From: Adineta vaga | Lineage: Eukaryota; Animalia; Rotifera | Direction: 5' to 3' | DNA: 64,000 nt | NCBI GenBank assembly: GCA_021613535.1 | Contig: CP075494.1 | Coordinates: 744,001-808,000, forward strand | Shown: positions 37,512 to 49,613 of the stretch, one piece after another | Layout: each line of letters begins with the position of its first letter | How positions within the stretch are numbered: position 1 is the stretch's first letter | Made by a program: the position numbers and the translations under genes | Notes under the pieces: model-generated | Told to the model about the DNA's origin: nothing | What the model saw: only the letters and a program-made list of their open reading frames with translations | The model's database searches: none

Positions 37512-37965
37512 TAGTTTAAAACTCGAGTACTCGAATTATAAACTTATAAATTTAGAAGTTGAATAGTTTAAAACTCGAGTACTCGAACTATAAACTTATA
37601 AATTTAGAAGTTGAATAGTTTAAAACTCGAGTACTCGAACTATAAACTTATAAATTTAGAAGTTGAATAGTTTAAAACTCGAGTACTCGAATTATAAACT
37701 TATAAATTTAGAAGTTGAATAGTTTAAAACTCGAGTACTCGAATTATAAACTTATAAATTTAGAAGTTGAATAGTTTAAAACTCGAGTACTCGAATTATA
37801 AACTTATAAATTTAGAAGTTGAATAGTTTAAAACTCGAGTACTCGAACTATAAACTTATAAATTTAGAAGTTGAATAGTTTACAACTCGAGTACTCGAAT
37901 TATAAACTTATAAATTTAGAAGTTGAATAGTTTACAACTCGAATTAAAAGTTGAATAGTTGAAAC
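37512..37965 (-). repeat. Right terminal array: 8 x 52 bp plus a partial terminal unit, inverted relative to the left array
   Basis: Unit TAGTTTAAAACTCGAGTACTCGAAYTATAAACTTATAAATTTAGAAGTTGAA is the reverse complement of the left unit; ends ...AGTTGAATAGTTGAAAC. Confidence 0.95.
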
Positions 37966-38220
37966 GTCTTTTCGACTAATACATGTATGAAATCAATATA
38001 AATATTTACATATTTCACAAAGCACTAATCTCTTTTTTGTTAAGTACTATCCGTTGTTAGTCTGCTGATTAATTGAGGAAAAGAACTAGACGTCACTCTT
38101 TCATATCATTCTATCATCGTGAATATATGCGTATGTTATGGAAGAGGCGCACACGATTTCACAATGGTCTATAGAGTTGTGATAATAATACAGAACGAGC
38201 ATTTCTATACACTCTACATG

Positions 38221-38686
38221 ATGGAATTATTATCTATTCATATATGGAACCAATCTGATTTTGATCTAACTGATTACGACATAATTTTCAAATAAAATAC
38301 GATTATATTACCAGTCTTATATCAATCTGAATCATTATTATTGATTTTCTTATTATTAAATAGTTTAATTATAATAATAGGTTGTTTTATTCGATCAATT
38401 CTATATTTCATTTTTCTATTGATTTGTAAACTCATTGGACGTGGTCATTCTTATAAACCTCCTAAATGTACGAATTTAACTGGTAAAACAATTGTTATTA
38501 CTGGTGCAGCATCAGGTATTGGTCGAGTATCAGCTATCCAATTTTGCTAAACTTGAAGCGAAAGTTATTGTTGGTATTTGCGGTCAAAATCGAGCAAAAG
38601 AAATCGTACAAGAATTAGAACGTGAAGCACATGTAATTGGTACAAATAAGATTATTGGTTATAATTTAGAATGTATCGTTTTATAA
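38221..38686 (+). pseudogene. Truncated short-chain (retinol-DH/WWOX-like) dehydrogenase
   Basis: 'NLTGKTIVITGAASGIG' Rossmann motif, upstream stop, frameshift at ~38545, no catalytic YxxxK region. Confidence 0.75.
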
Positions 38687-38943
38687 AATAGATATATATT
38701 GATGAAATCAAATGTTCATATAATAAAATAAGAGCTCGTTAATACACTACTGTGATTAACGAACCAAAAAATCACGAGAATATGTAAAAGTAATATATAT
38801 ACACTCATTTCCACCTTTTCCCTTCTTCTTTCCAGTCATTTTTTGCATTTTGAGGTTTTTTTCATAAAGACACGATTTGCAAATGATCGTCACAAGAGAA
38901 ATTTATTGAAGTTTCATTAAAATGATTAGAAATTAAAGAACAT

Positions 38944-40171
38944 TCAATTTACTGTTATTTTACGCAAACGAATTGGTTGAGTTCGAGTTCCTTCAGCGCC
39001 TCTGAATTGTGTCACAACACTAACACGATGATTTCGAAAAATATTTATTACATTGAAAAATTCTTGACGAAATAATCGACTTGATAAACAATAAATATAA
39101 AAAGAAGCCTAAAAAAAAGAAAGATTTTTCAAGAAAAAGAAATCTTATCTTTTATTATATTAAACTTACTGCATAATTGATTGAAGCAATTAAAAGTGCA
39201 AAATTATTGAATTGAAATACTTGATCTAATGTAAGTACTAATTGTAAAGCATAGGTTATTAGAATATAGAAGAGACCTAATGGAACTTGTGTCATAAAAA
39301 AGAGAAATATACTTGATATCATTATTAATAAGATTTGTCGATCAAGAAAAACGCGATGTCCACGTTTTATTTCTTTATTTCGTTGTTGTTGACGACGAAG
39401 TTTAATAAAGATATGTATAGTAAATCCAAGAAGAAGTATTGTTGGGAAAATTATTTGAAGAATTATTATTAAAATTGGCCAAATCTTTGAAAAAAAAAGA
39501 TTGAAAAATATTTTCGAAATAAATATGAAAAAATTTACGGTGAAATAAAAATATTGATATGTTGGATTTGCTATTGGACTAAGAAAACATACAATTGCAC
39601 CATCAACAGCCTCTATCCATGGTAATGCTAAGTGAAAATTTAGTAAAACAGAAATAATAATAATAATACATGTACCAATAGAAACTCTTTTTCTTGTACA
39701 AAGTTGTTTAACTCGAAATGGAAACTGAATACGAATCCATCGATCAATTGTTATTGTTAAAAGAAGCCAAGATGAACAACACATACAATAATACTGAATA
39801 AATGAATAAGTGCGACATAATTGATTCATTAAATCTTTATTCGCTGTTGAAATATTAAAACCAAGAAAGATAAAAGTATAAAAACATGATAATAAATAAA
39901 TTCCATTAGATATTGTCATATAAATAAATAAAGTACTTGTTGAAACTTTACGAAGACTTTGACGATTAAAGATTATGATACTCATTAAATGACCAAAATA
40001 ACCAAAAAGAAAAATAATTATATAACCATAAAGATTAATATTTCTTTGTAGAGGTGTTACAACAGGTGGACCAAAATTTGGTGTAAGATCCATTCCACCA
40101 TCAGGAGGAAAAGGAATCATTGGGTCGCCACTAATCAGAAAAACAGTGTTGATGTTGTTATTATCATTCAT
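38944..40171 (-). CDS. Orphan rhodopsin-like (peptide-receptor-type) GPCR, 3 exons
   Basis: 'FGYFGH', 'LRKVST', 'SSWLLLTITIDRW', 'FFMTQVP', 'INYA'; last exon 'ASFYIYCLSSRLFRQEF' ending at TGA 38944. Confidence 0.9.
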
Positions 40172-40981
40172 CTTTACATAAAAATATGAAAGAAGACAAG
40201 AATATATGCACTTCTTCTATATAATTACATATACATTATGATTATTCGATGTCGCGGAAGTGCGTCGTAGGCAGATATCTGTCTATTCATCTGTATTTGA
40301 TTAACATATTTCAAACTGATTATTAACTTGATTTTCAAAAGTATAATAGTTTCATAATAAGCTTTATAAATTATATTTAGATTTTTCCTTTGAATTAATT
40401 TTGACAAATCTTTATTATAGGGATATCACTTTTGTCTTTTCAAAGAAAAATGATAAAGCAAAGCCTGTGCAGATATTATATTGTTCGAATCTATAACTAA
40501 AGCAATAGAACTATTTGCTGGTCTATTAGGAAATGCATTTCGTAAGTTAGACCAAATAAGTACATTGCTAAATGTAACAGATCTACCTTCACCACTAACA
40601 ACGTATCCAAGACCAGTAGAATCTAGGGTGTGGGTGTGAGTGAAGAGGATATACGCACACTCACCCACGCCCACCCTCAAGATTTTTCATTCCAGAAGAT
40701 TTTTAGTTAAAAAAAAAGAAATTTCTCCAAGAATTAATTTAAAGAAGAAGTCGATATAATTAACTTTATTTAATTAGATCAATCGAAATTAAATAGATAT
40801 ATTTCATAATTTGTTTTCTCCTATTCATTTTTTGAACTTAGAAATTTTTTAAAAGATAGTTCTATGCAATCTTATACTTGAGTATTCCTAGGACGAAACT
40901 AATTTCGTAATGTATAACATCGAGAAATAGAAGGGTTGCTCAAATGATTAACTATAAAGTTACAACTCATAGGTATCATCA

Positions 40982-41970
40982 TCAATGATTCACATAATTC
41001 CAATTGATCTGATGATAGCTATCTACAATTGTATTTTGTAAATGTTGTGCATATTCTGTATGTTCTGTACCGTTTTGTTTTCGAATCTGTTGTAATCGAT
41101 TATTATAGTTGTCTTTTTCTTGTTTCGCTTGTTGCATAACTAATTCAGCATCTAATTTCGTCCAACCTGTTAATGGATCACGCCAATTCCTATTATTCTT
41201 TCCATTTTTCTCAGCTAATGCTAAAGTTCTTTGGCTTAGCGTTTCTCGATTAATAGAATGTAATAAAGGATTTTGTATATATTTCAGTTTATGATGTGTA
41301 TGTGTTTTTCCAAAACAATTTTCACAAAGATCATAAGTCGGTGAACATTCTTCACATTGAAAACGTTTTCCATTAAATCCTGTTCTTGAACAACCATCAC
41401 AGATGATATCTAGATGGTACATATTATGTGCCATGTTTTTCCAGTAAATGAGAGGTTGTTTTGAGAATGTATGTATTGAAGAATGTTGTGTATCCATCAA
41501 AGGTATACATTGAATACAGACTTCAAAAAAATTTGGACATTGCTGACATTGAAAAGTTGGTTCTTTATCAGCAACGATAATACTATAACAATGATAACAA
41601 TAACCTAATAAACTGTACAGATATCCTTCACTATTAAATATTGATGACGAGTTTGATAATATCTAAAATTAACGATGAACACATTCAAAGTATCAAAAAG
41701 ATTTTGTTTTCCTATTTTGATCAAATTTACTTTTGTTTGACTTTGTGATAAGAAATCAGCAGATTCTGATGATGTATGACTGTTAGTATAATTAATTGAT
41801 TGAATATCTTTTAGAAATACTTCATCGAATGTATGAAAAGCAGCACCTGCTCTATTATGATCTTTGGCCTCACACAATTGACATACGAAATGATTAATAC
41901 ATTGACGACATTTATAAATATTCAATGAAGATGGAATTGATATACCACAAGAAGTACATCTAGTCGTCAT
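40982..41970 (-). CDS. Multi ZZ-type zinc-finger protein, spliced
   Basis: 'CTSC...YKCRQC..HFVCQLCE', a middle CxxC...CxxC...C unit and 'ICDGC...KRFQCEECSPTYDLCENC'. Confidence 0.8.
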
Positions 41971-43654
41971 TTTTTGTTTTGAAGAGGAGAAATATATTAT
42001 TTGAATATTTACATATTATGCATCTACGTATTATATTATATAATTTTTTATGTGCATTGTACCAGAACGTAAACATAATATTTATTAGTCACACGTGTTT
42101 TAAAAGCAAATGAAGATATTTTTATGTATCTACTTTGTAAATCGGCCCTTTTCTTTTTAGACAAGTAATACACATAAAAGATGTTTCATAAGTTTCGATT
42201 TCCTCACCATAGATGGATTATTTCTATGACAAATTTATATAAAACTAATTGATCAAATCATTCGACTTTTGTGAGGGGAGTGAGTTTATTGCATGATGAG
42301 AATGAGATGAAACACACACACACAAGTAAAAGATACTGATTTTATATACTATCTGTGATCACATGTACATGACTCAAAGCATCCGATCCATATACACATG
42401 ACTCATGAATTCCTTGACTCATGAGTTATCATGGCTGAAGGCCATGACAACTTTGTCGAGAAGAAGATGGACTATCTTTCTATAATAAGATCTTTTGAAA
42501 TACTTCAATATAAACTAATCGTACATTCATTTTACTCATATTGAGTAAGTTTTTTTTATTTTGCATTTTTTGTTTACATTTAATTGTTTTGTAACATCTG
42601 AAGTGGAATAGTTTTCAAGATTTTTCTTTATGGTTCCATAGAATATAAATACCAGTATTTTTGCTGATCATGTTTCTGCTACAAAATATAAACATAAATA
42701 AAAAGAGTTGCAAAAGCTTTTCCAGGTCGAAACCAGTACATCGAATCTTGTCGGGCGGGTACCAAATCCGTTTTAATTCAACTGATCGGGTTCGGTCGGT
42801 CATAAGAGAGTCCATCATGCAAACGTAAACGTCGACAGTGATCAACAACAGAGAAGTTACGTGCAATTGATATGCTGAGAAAATGTGATGATAATAAGCA
42901 GTTCACGTCAAAAAAGGAAGGCTGTTCAAGATATCAGTTATCTCAATAGATAAAACAAAATCAAAGTCAGTTTTATCTTCCTACCAATTATGATATCAGT
43001 TTTTCTTACATCTCTAATCCTTTCTTACTTCAATGGTTTCGAAAACGTCCTACTACTCCCAACAATCAGTCAAATGTATCGACAATGACTACATCGGTCG
43101 TCGTTAAACGAGAAAAAGTTACTTGGTCGATTCATGCGCCGCCATCGTTCCTCTCTTCAGAAACCAAAACGGGGTGTGATGGGTGCCTTTCTACTACCCG
43201 ATGTTGTAAATATGAACGAAAGTCCATTAAGTTTACTTGGTGACCAAACGACGATTAATAGTATTGATCCAGTGGCATCATTTCTTGAACTAGGATACGT
43301 GTGGAATGATAACAGCCTGGTACGACCTCCGAGTAGTCCACGCTATTGTTTTGATTATTCAACTAACAAAGATCCAAATATAGCCGATGGTCAACGTATC
43401 GAAAAAGAAGCTTGTAAAGCTACTGAACAGCATAATCTAAATCTTGGGTAGAATACACAACAAAAGACGCTGCTCGATATGTGGACAAAAAAATTAGTTT
43501 GTAATATGAAATAAGATTATCTCACGCATATAAAAACATTTGTTTCTATTAAAAAAATAATAAAAAATGAAAATCGCTGATTTGACAGTCTGCTGAGTTC
43601 GAACTATGGTGGACTCATCAAATGTCCAAATAGTAACTTTAATATACTATTAAT

Positions 43655-44765
43655 TTAAATAATCGTTTCTTCCAACGCGGTCATATATTTGGTTCTGCTC
43701 TTCAGACCTTGTTCGACAGCATCTGTTAGACTTTTACAGTCTGAAAGGTAATCTATCACGTCCTTGCTGACGTATTTTGTCGTATCATAGAACGGATGAA
43801 AAGTTGCAATCAGTTTCGGCCCATAAATACTGCGAAGAAAATTCGGACCAAAATATTTTGCTTTTTCTGGCATTACATGTTCCATTAAGGTTCTGAACTT
43901 TTCATAATCAATCACTTTTAAATCTGGCAGCAGTTTCTGTACAGCCTTATTCACATATAGATACTTTGGTATAAGTGGGCTTATAACTTTTGGACTTTCA
44001 TGAGGATAATTTTGTGCCAAGATATAATTATCAATTAACATATCGATAGGCGTGAAAACCATTGGATAATTGAAGGCATATCCTGTTGCTGCAAAAATAC
44101 GAGTAATGCGCCAAAAACTATATTTTTGACCAGGATCTATGGTGCCAACCACAACTCCTGGTTCAATCAATGTTCCTTGCAAACCTTCGTCCATTTTCTC
44201 CAACATATAATTATACAGCCATCTCTTGTATTTGAAATAACCATTAATCCAGTAATAATCTTTATCATTATTTATGGTGTCAATAATATGTTGTCCGTAA
44301 CTTCCGACTGCATATAAGGATTTGGGATGTGTGGAATCCATGCAGAACTGTATTAGTTCTTTCGTCGTATTTATCCATGGTTGGAAATATTCTAACGGAT
44401 GCCCATAATTCCCATCACAAGCTAAATGGTGAACTTCCTTGACTGATTGTTTAAATTTTTGAAGCGCAGGTAATATTGAATTATGATTTTGAGCGAGATC
44501 TATGTTGACTATGTCAAGCTTTGGCTGAATATCCGAAACGTCCATAGTAATATTGAACTGATTTGCTTGTAATTTAATAGCTGACCAAAACGAATCATGA
44601 TCCTTATGTCTTGTTACACAAAATATTCGATCGATATTGTTCTGACGTACCAATCTCGACAATAAATGAATGCCAACGTAGCCTGTTACACCAGTTATAA
44701 GAACTGATTTTTGCATCTAAAATCACAAGACAGCTATTAAACTTCACACATCATTTGTATACCAT
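43655..44765 (-). CDS. Extended-SDR NAD(P)-dependent reductase (thioester-reductase / NAD_binding_4-like)
   Basis: 'VLITGVTGYVGIHLL', 'HHLAC', YxxxK 'GYFKYK', 'EPGVVVG'; possible ATG-only first exon at 44763-44765 followed by a GT-AG intron. Confidence 0.8.
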
Positions 44766-44999
44766 ATGAACAAGAGGAAATTCATTTGTTTTTACGCTCT
44801 AGAGTGCGAACTAAAAATATAAAACCGTCTAATTCTATGTACCTGTTTATTGGTTATTCAGCCCTTAGTAACTTTAGATAAAAATAAATGGGGAAGCTTC
44901 GGATTTTATTCGAAAGTTATGTGTACTGCAAAAAGTTTATCAAATTGAAGATCCAGAAAAGTCTAAGTCGACATCTAATGATGTTAATAAGAATTGCTT

Positions 45000-46250
45000 T
45001 TAATTAGTTTATGTAATGGAGTGAAATGAGTACGATCAATTGCATTGATTGGTATTTGATATGATAATAAAAATTTCACTACTGATACAGACGAAAATCT
45101 AGTAACTAAATCAATTTGATCCGAAATTCCATGTTTATTACATGGTATTAGAGAAAGAGATAATAATGTTTTCTTATCAATTACTGTACGATAATCATAA
45201 TTAATTATTTGTTGAACTATTCGATACTTTACTTGTCGTTGTTCTTGTTCGTTTTCACATATTTTGATTCCAACAAAAATACGATTAAGTATGATATATA
45301 TAAATATTGTTGTAAACGATATGTTTCAAAAACTTCAATTTCATCCAAATTCCAAAGACATCTTTCATTGTTTCCATGTCTTTCTTTCATTAATGAAGGA
45401 TCTTTGCTTTTTAAATATTCATTTCCAGTTAATTCGAATAATTTACAAACTAAATCAAATGAAATTTCGTTCGTTTTATTCTTCTTAATTATTTCACCCA
45501 TCAATTTAGTACAATTCTTTAAATCTTCAATATATCCATGTGAATCAATTTGTGTTTTTACTCGAAGATGACATGCATGAACATAGAATTGCACTTTCTT
45601 CTGTACATAAAAAGAAGCTTGTTCAGAAAATTTTTCAAAAAAACTCCTATGTTACACCTAATCATTCCCATATTATTAAACTTTCGATCATAATACGATT
45701 TGAATTATCTTTAATGAATTCTAATTCTTCAATTGTTTGACATTCTTTACAATAATCATAAATTTCCATTGGTGGTAACAAATTTCTTTTAACAATTGGT
45801 TTATTTGGATCGTCAGTAATCTCTAAAGCTGTAAACCAAGACTTATCTGTATTTTCTATATAATAATAATCGATAACATCGTCATAATTCCATATTCCAA
45901 CTATGGTTAATGGTGTACAATTGAAATTATTTTTGGCAATCTTTGCATGATATTCTTCTAATAATAATTTGATAGTATGATCTAAGATCATCGACATTAT
46001 ATAAATCAGCGCCATTTTCGATAAGACATTTTACAGTGATACATTTTCACAATCAAAATGAGTAGAATAATTCATTGCATTTAAATAACGAATAAATTTA
46101 TCTTTTTCAATGGTATTTAAAAATTCTTTCTAATTGTTCTACAGAACTTTCTTTACATGCCTTATTAATCTTACATAATGTATTGGTATCAATGTCTGTT
46201 GCTTCTTCAAAATGAGCATCATTTGTACACAAATTGTCGACGATCCATCA
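45000..46250 (-). pseudogene. Decayed fem-1-like (ankyrin/TPR) gene
   Basis: 'LPPMEIYDYCKECQTIEELE...IESLII' resembles the FEM-1 central region; multiple stops and frameshifts. Confidence 0.6.
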
Positions 46251-47773
46251 TTTAATAACGTTAATAATTGAAATATAGTTGGTTATGTTCTTGTCACTTA
46301 CTCATATTCTTGCACAATTTATTGAAAGGAAGTAGAAAAAAAACATGATGTTTGGTTCTGTACGTTTTTATGGCAGTCGGTGTTCTTCATTCAGTTATAT
46401 CTTTCATACGTGAAAATCAATTGAGTAAACACGTGTTGCTTTCAAACGAAGTTTTTTTTCCTTTCTGTATACTGTGATTTACATCGTAAATAGAATGTTA
46501 TTTCTCCGAATTTTGTATGCGGGATGTCAGGAGTAGACATGCCCGCTCGAGCATCAGAATGAAAAAAATCTAATAACTATCATCATTTATAATTTTCCTA
46601 ATACATTTACTCTGAGATTACATTTTCAACTTACCGATAATATAACATTGTTATTGTTAAAAATCGTTCTTAGATTTCCGGCATGAAAAAGATACGAGTG
46701 TATGGATAAGAGTATCTCTCCTTCTTTATCCCCGACACTCTCAAAAATGTGATAGTACAATGTTCATGTGAATCATCACGAAGATGTTCCAACACAGATC
46801 ATATTTGTGTTTACATCATATGAACAAACAAATTTTCGTTATCTAGAAAATGGAGATAGTTGACGCCAACATTATTATATAATTCTGTCCACAACTGCGG
46901 GAAATAATAATTTTGAAAATCGATTTAGATCTTTTCGATTCAAATTAATGATTTCGATGATGAATGATAAAATATTAACTAATATTATCAGTGAACATAT
47001 TCTACTATTGCTGAAACAATTTTTGATATTGATTATATTCAATAACAGCAATAGTATTGGTTTTATTGCAAATTATAGCTATTATCTACTGATGAAAATT
47101 CCGAATAATGATAAGACAATTCTTCGATCAAGTGCGCTCTGTGTCAATATCGTATGAATAGAAGTTTTTAACAAAATTCTTCTTATTTTATTTTACTTTA
47201 TAACAATATTTCTTTGTTATAGGCGCGCATTGACGAATACATTGCCGATGGCGTTGTTGCCTACTTTGCGCGCACTAATCGGGCAAAAACTAGAAAAAAA
47301 TGGCTTTGAAGTTATTATGTTTGACGAAAAGAGAAAAAATGATTTCATTTCTCGTAGAAAAGGGTTATAGAAATATAAATGGGTCTGCTTGATTATTTGT
47401 GTCCGCAGTCTATGGATAGATCAAAAAATCAAATGAAAGTAAACAGGTTTTTTAACTAAAAAAAAGTTTGACCGATGCGTAATCGTGATCGAGAGTCACG
47501 AATCTGGAGTTGATTTTTATAAATTTTATGCATGATGAAGTAAAATGAATAAAACCACAAATCATGATTTCTACGAGAAAAAGCACAGCGATTTCCTCAA
47601 CGAGCGTTAGCTGTTGTGCAGGCTTACTAAATGGAAATTTTAGAAACTAGGGATTTTTTAGAAAAAATCAGGAGGTTTTTTTTTATATTCAAGAGTGTTT
47701 ATAAAATTTTTATTATACTGTTTACACTCACCCGAAGACTCACTCAAGCTTTTCTAATAGAATTCATGTTCTA

Positions 47774-48035
47774 CACTGTAAAAAAGCGGATAATTATCAA
47801 CGGTAAAATCCTGTTTGATGTTCTAACAAACGAAAAGAGAGTTTGTGAGTTTGCAACGTATGACAAACCCTTTCTTAATAGCACTTGCATACACGTGTCA
47901 AATATTTTTCTCCATTTCAGATACGAAACAAACACATCAAAATAATGCGATCCACAGCATACACGCGACTTCAGTCAAACTAGTCACAACTACTGCTTGA
48001 AATGTATTACCATTAGAAAATATTTTCTAACAGTG
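47774..48035. mobile_element. 262-bp MITE with CACTG...CAGTG termini flanked by TA (CMC/EnSpm-like ends)
   Basis: TA|CACTGTAAAAAA ... TTTTCTAACAGTG|TA. Confidence 0.7.
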
Positions 48036-48074
48036 TAATTATTTTGATTTTGATCTTATAGGATCGAAATAAAA

Positions 48075-48119
48075 GCCGTCTGATGAGATTCTTTAGCAGG
48101 AATCGAAACGCGTCATGGT
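48075..48119 (+). ncRNA. Solo minimal type-I hammerhead ribozyme
   Basis: GCCGT-CTGATGA-GATTC(tttagcag)GAATC-GAAA-CGCG-TC-ATGGT: intact core, stems I and II, palindromic stem III. Confidence 0.85.
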
Positions 48120-48820
48120 AGCAAGTCACACCCACACCCTCTACCAACATCATTTGAACAACTTCTGAAGTGTTGTTCACATCCATACACATTCGATGTT
48201 CCTGGAAAACCTTACACTACCAGATTAGTGTGGAAGTCTACAAACTGTATCAAAACATTAAATTCACGTTCAATATTCATTGGTATTGGAGTGCTATTCT
48301 CATTTTCACACGAGCGAGGACATCGACTTTTCATAACAACTCAAGCTTTTGCAAGCATTCAAGAACTGTTTGTTCGCATTGAGTCACCTTCTACTACTTT
48401 TTCTCTTTTGCTTTCCGAGGAAACTAAAAGAGCTTGTGATCGGTATGTGGGCTTACACACTAGATGATTCAAAGCATCAAATGAGGCGGTATGGAAGTCT
48501 CATTCATACTTTTTCTTGATCCTTTTTTTATTACCAGAACGGGTCGTTTATTGACGGCTGTTTTAATAAATGAAGCAAAAATGAATGAGATAGAAGAAAG
48601 CACGGTCGGAAAAAAGGAAGCAGAAATATATTTTATGGCGTATGGCTGTATACACTGTTTCTATCAAACAGAGAAGAACGCCTGACTGTTGGAAATGAAA
48701 CTGCAGGTGGAAGACGTGACATTGCGATAAAATATTTCCTACTTTGTTTTCTAGCTGCCTTTATCAGAGTCCATCATTATATTTCTGCTGCAGATAGCTC
48801 CTGTGTAAAAGTCAAACCAA

Positions 48821-49613
48821 ATGGCAATTGAGAATCGACGAAGTTTATACATTGCAAGTGCTCTTTTACTTGTATGTGGCATCTTATATATTGTTGCCAA
48901 TGCGTTACCCATGTGGTTTGTAAAGTTTTGCAAGGCTTTTACCTCTCTGAATAGGAAACAGGTACGACAAAATGATTCTTCGACTTGAAGCAACAAATCG
49001 ATACTGAGGTGAAATGGCCAAAGTTGTCTTATTGGCAAAAGTCTCTCACTATTTGTATAGAAATTCATTTTGAAACGTAATGAGAACTATGTCTTTGCTC
49101 TTGACTCTCTTCTTCGATTTATTGTTCGTTTTTTGGAATAAAACTATGTTCTTTAGGGGGAAGATCACCTACGGATCTCTCTCAAATGAGATCGGATTGT
49201 GGCGCGCCTGTGCTAAGGGGTCCATTGATAATTCCGCTGCTTCAAAATGTGGAACTTTTAATGCCAACGCGTCAGACATGAAAAGCAACATTATGGCAGC
49301 TCGTGCATTTGTGACAATCAGTTGTATTCTATGGGCATTAGCTATTTTATCAATCTTATCGATCTTATTTCTTGATGAAAGTCTCAAGAGCCACATCTCG
49401 TCAGCGGCGAAAGGTCTTGCTATTGCATGTCTCATCAGTGGAATCATCGGTGTTGCTCTCGGAATTCATTTTGCCATGGAAGAGCTGAATCAATTGGCAG
49501 ATGCTGCCAACTTAAAGGATATCCGCAGTAAAATGAACGTATCAAGTATTTTGGCTATTATTGCACTTGTGTTTAATTTAGCAGGCGCCGTCGCAACGTT
49601 TTTCATCAAATAA
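48821..49613 (+). CDS. Claudin/PMP22-like tetraspan protein, spliced
   Basis: TM1 from ATG 48821 ending in 'LPMW', then 'GLWRAC...C', 'AARAF' and three further TM segments. Confidence 0.8.

Larger units (their letters stand above)
19910..37965. mobile_element. ~18-kb KDZ-type DNA transposon or virus-like element carrying env-like, SGNH and DUF3987-like helicase genes
   Basis: Bounded by inverted arrays of the same 52-bp unit; encloses a CxC5/CxC6 KDZ transposase and four other genes; exact left terminus and TSD not resolved. Confidence 0.8.

Noticed and set aside
42354-42597. Possible solo LTR (TGTGA...TAACA)
   Set aside because: No matching TSD, PBS or second copy in the window
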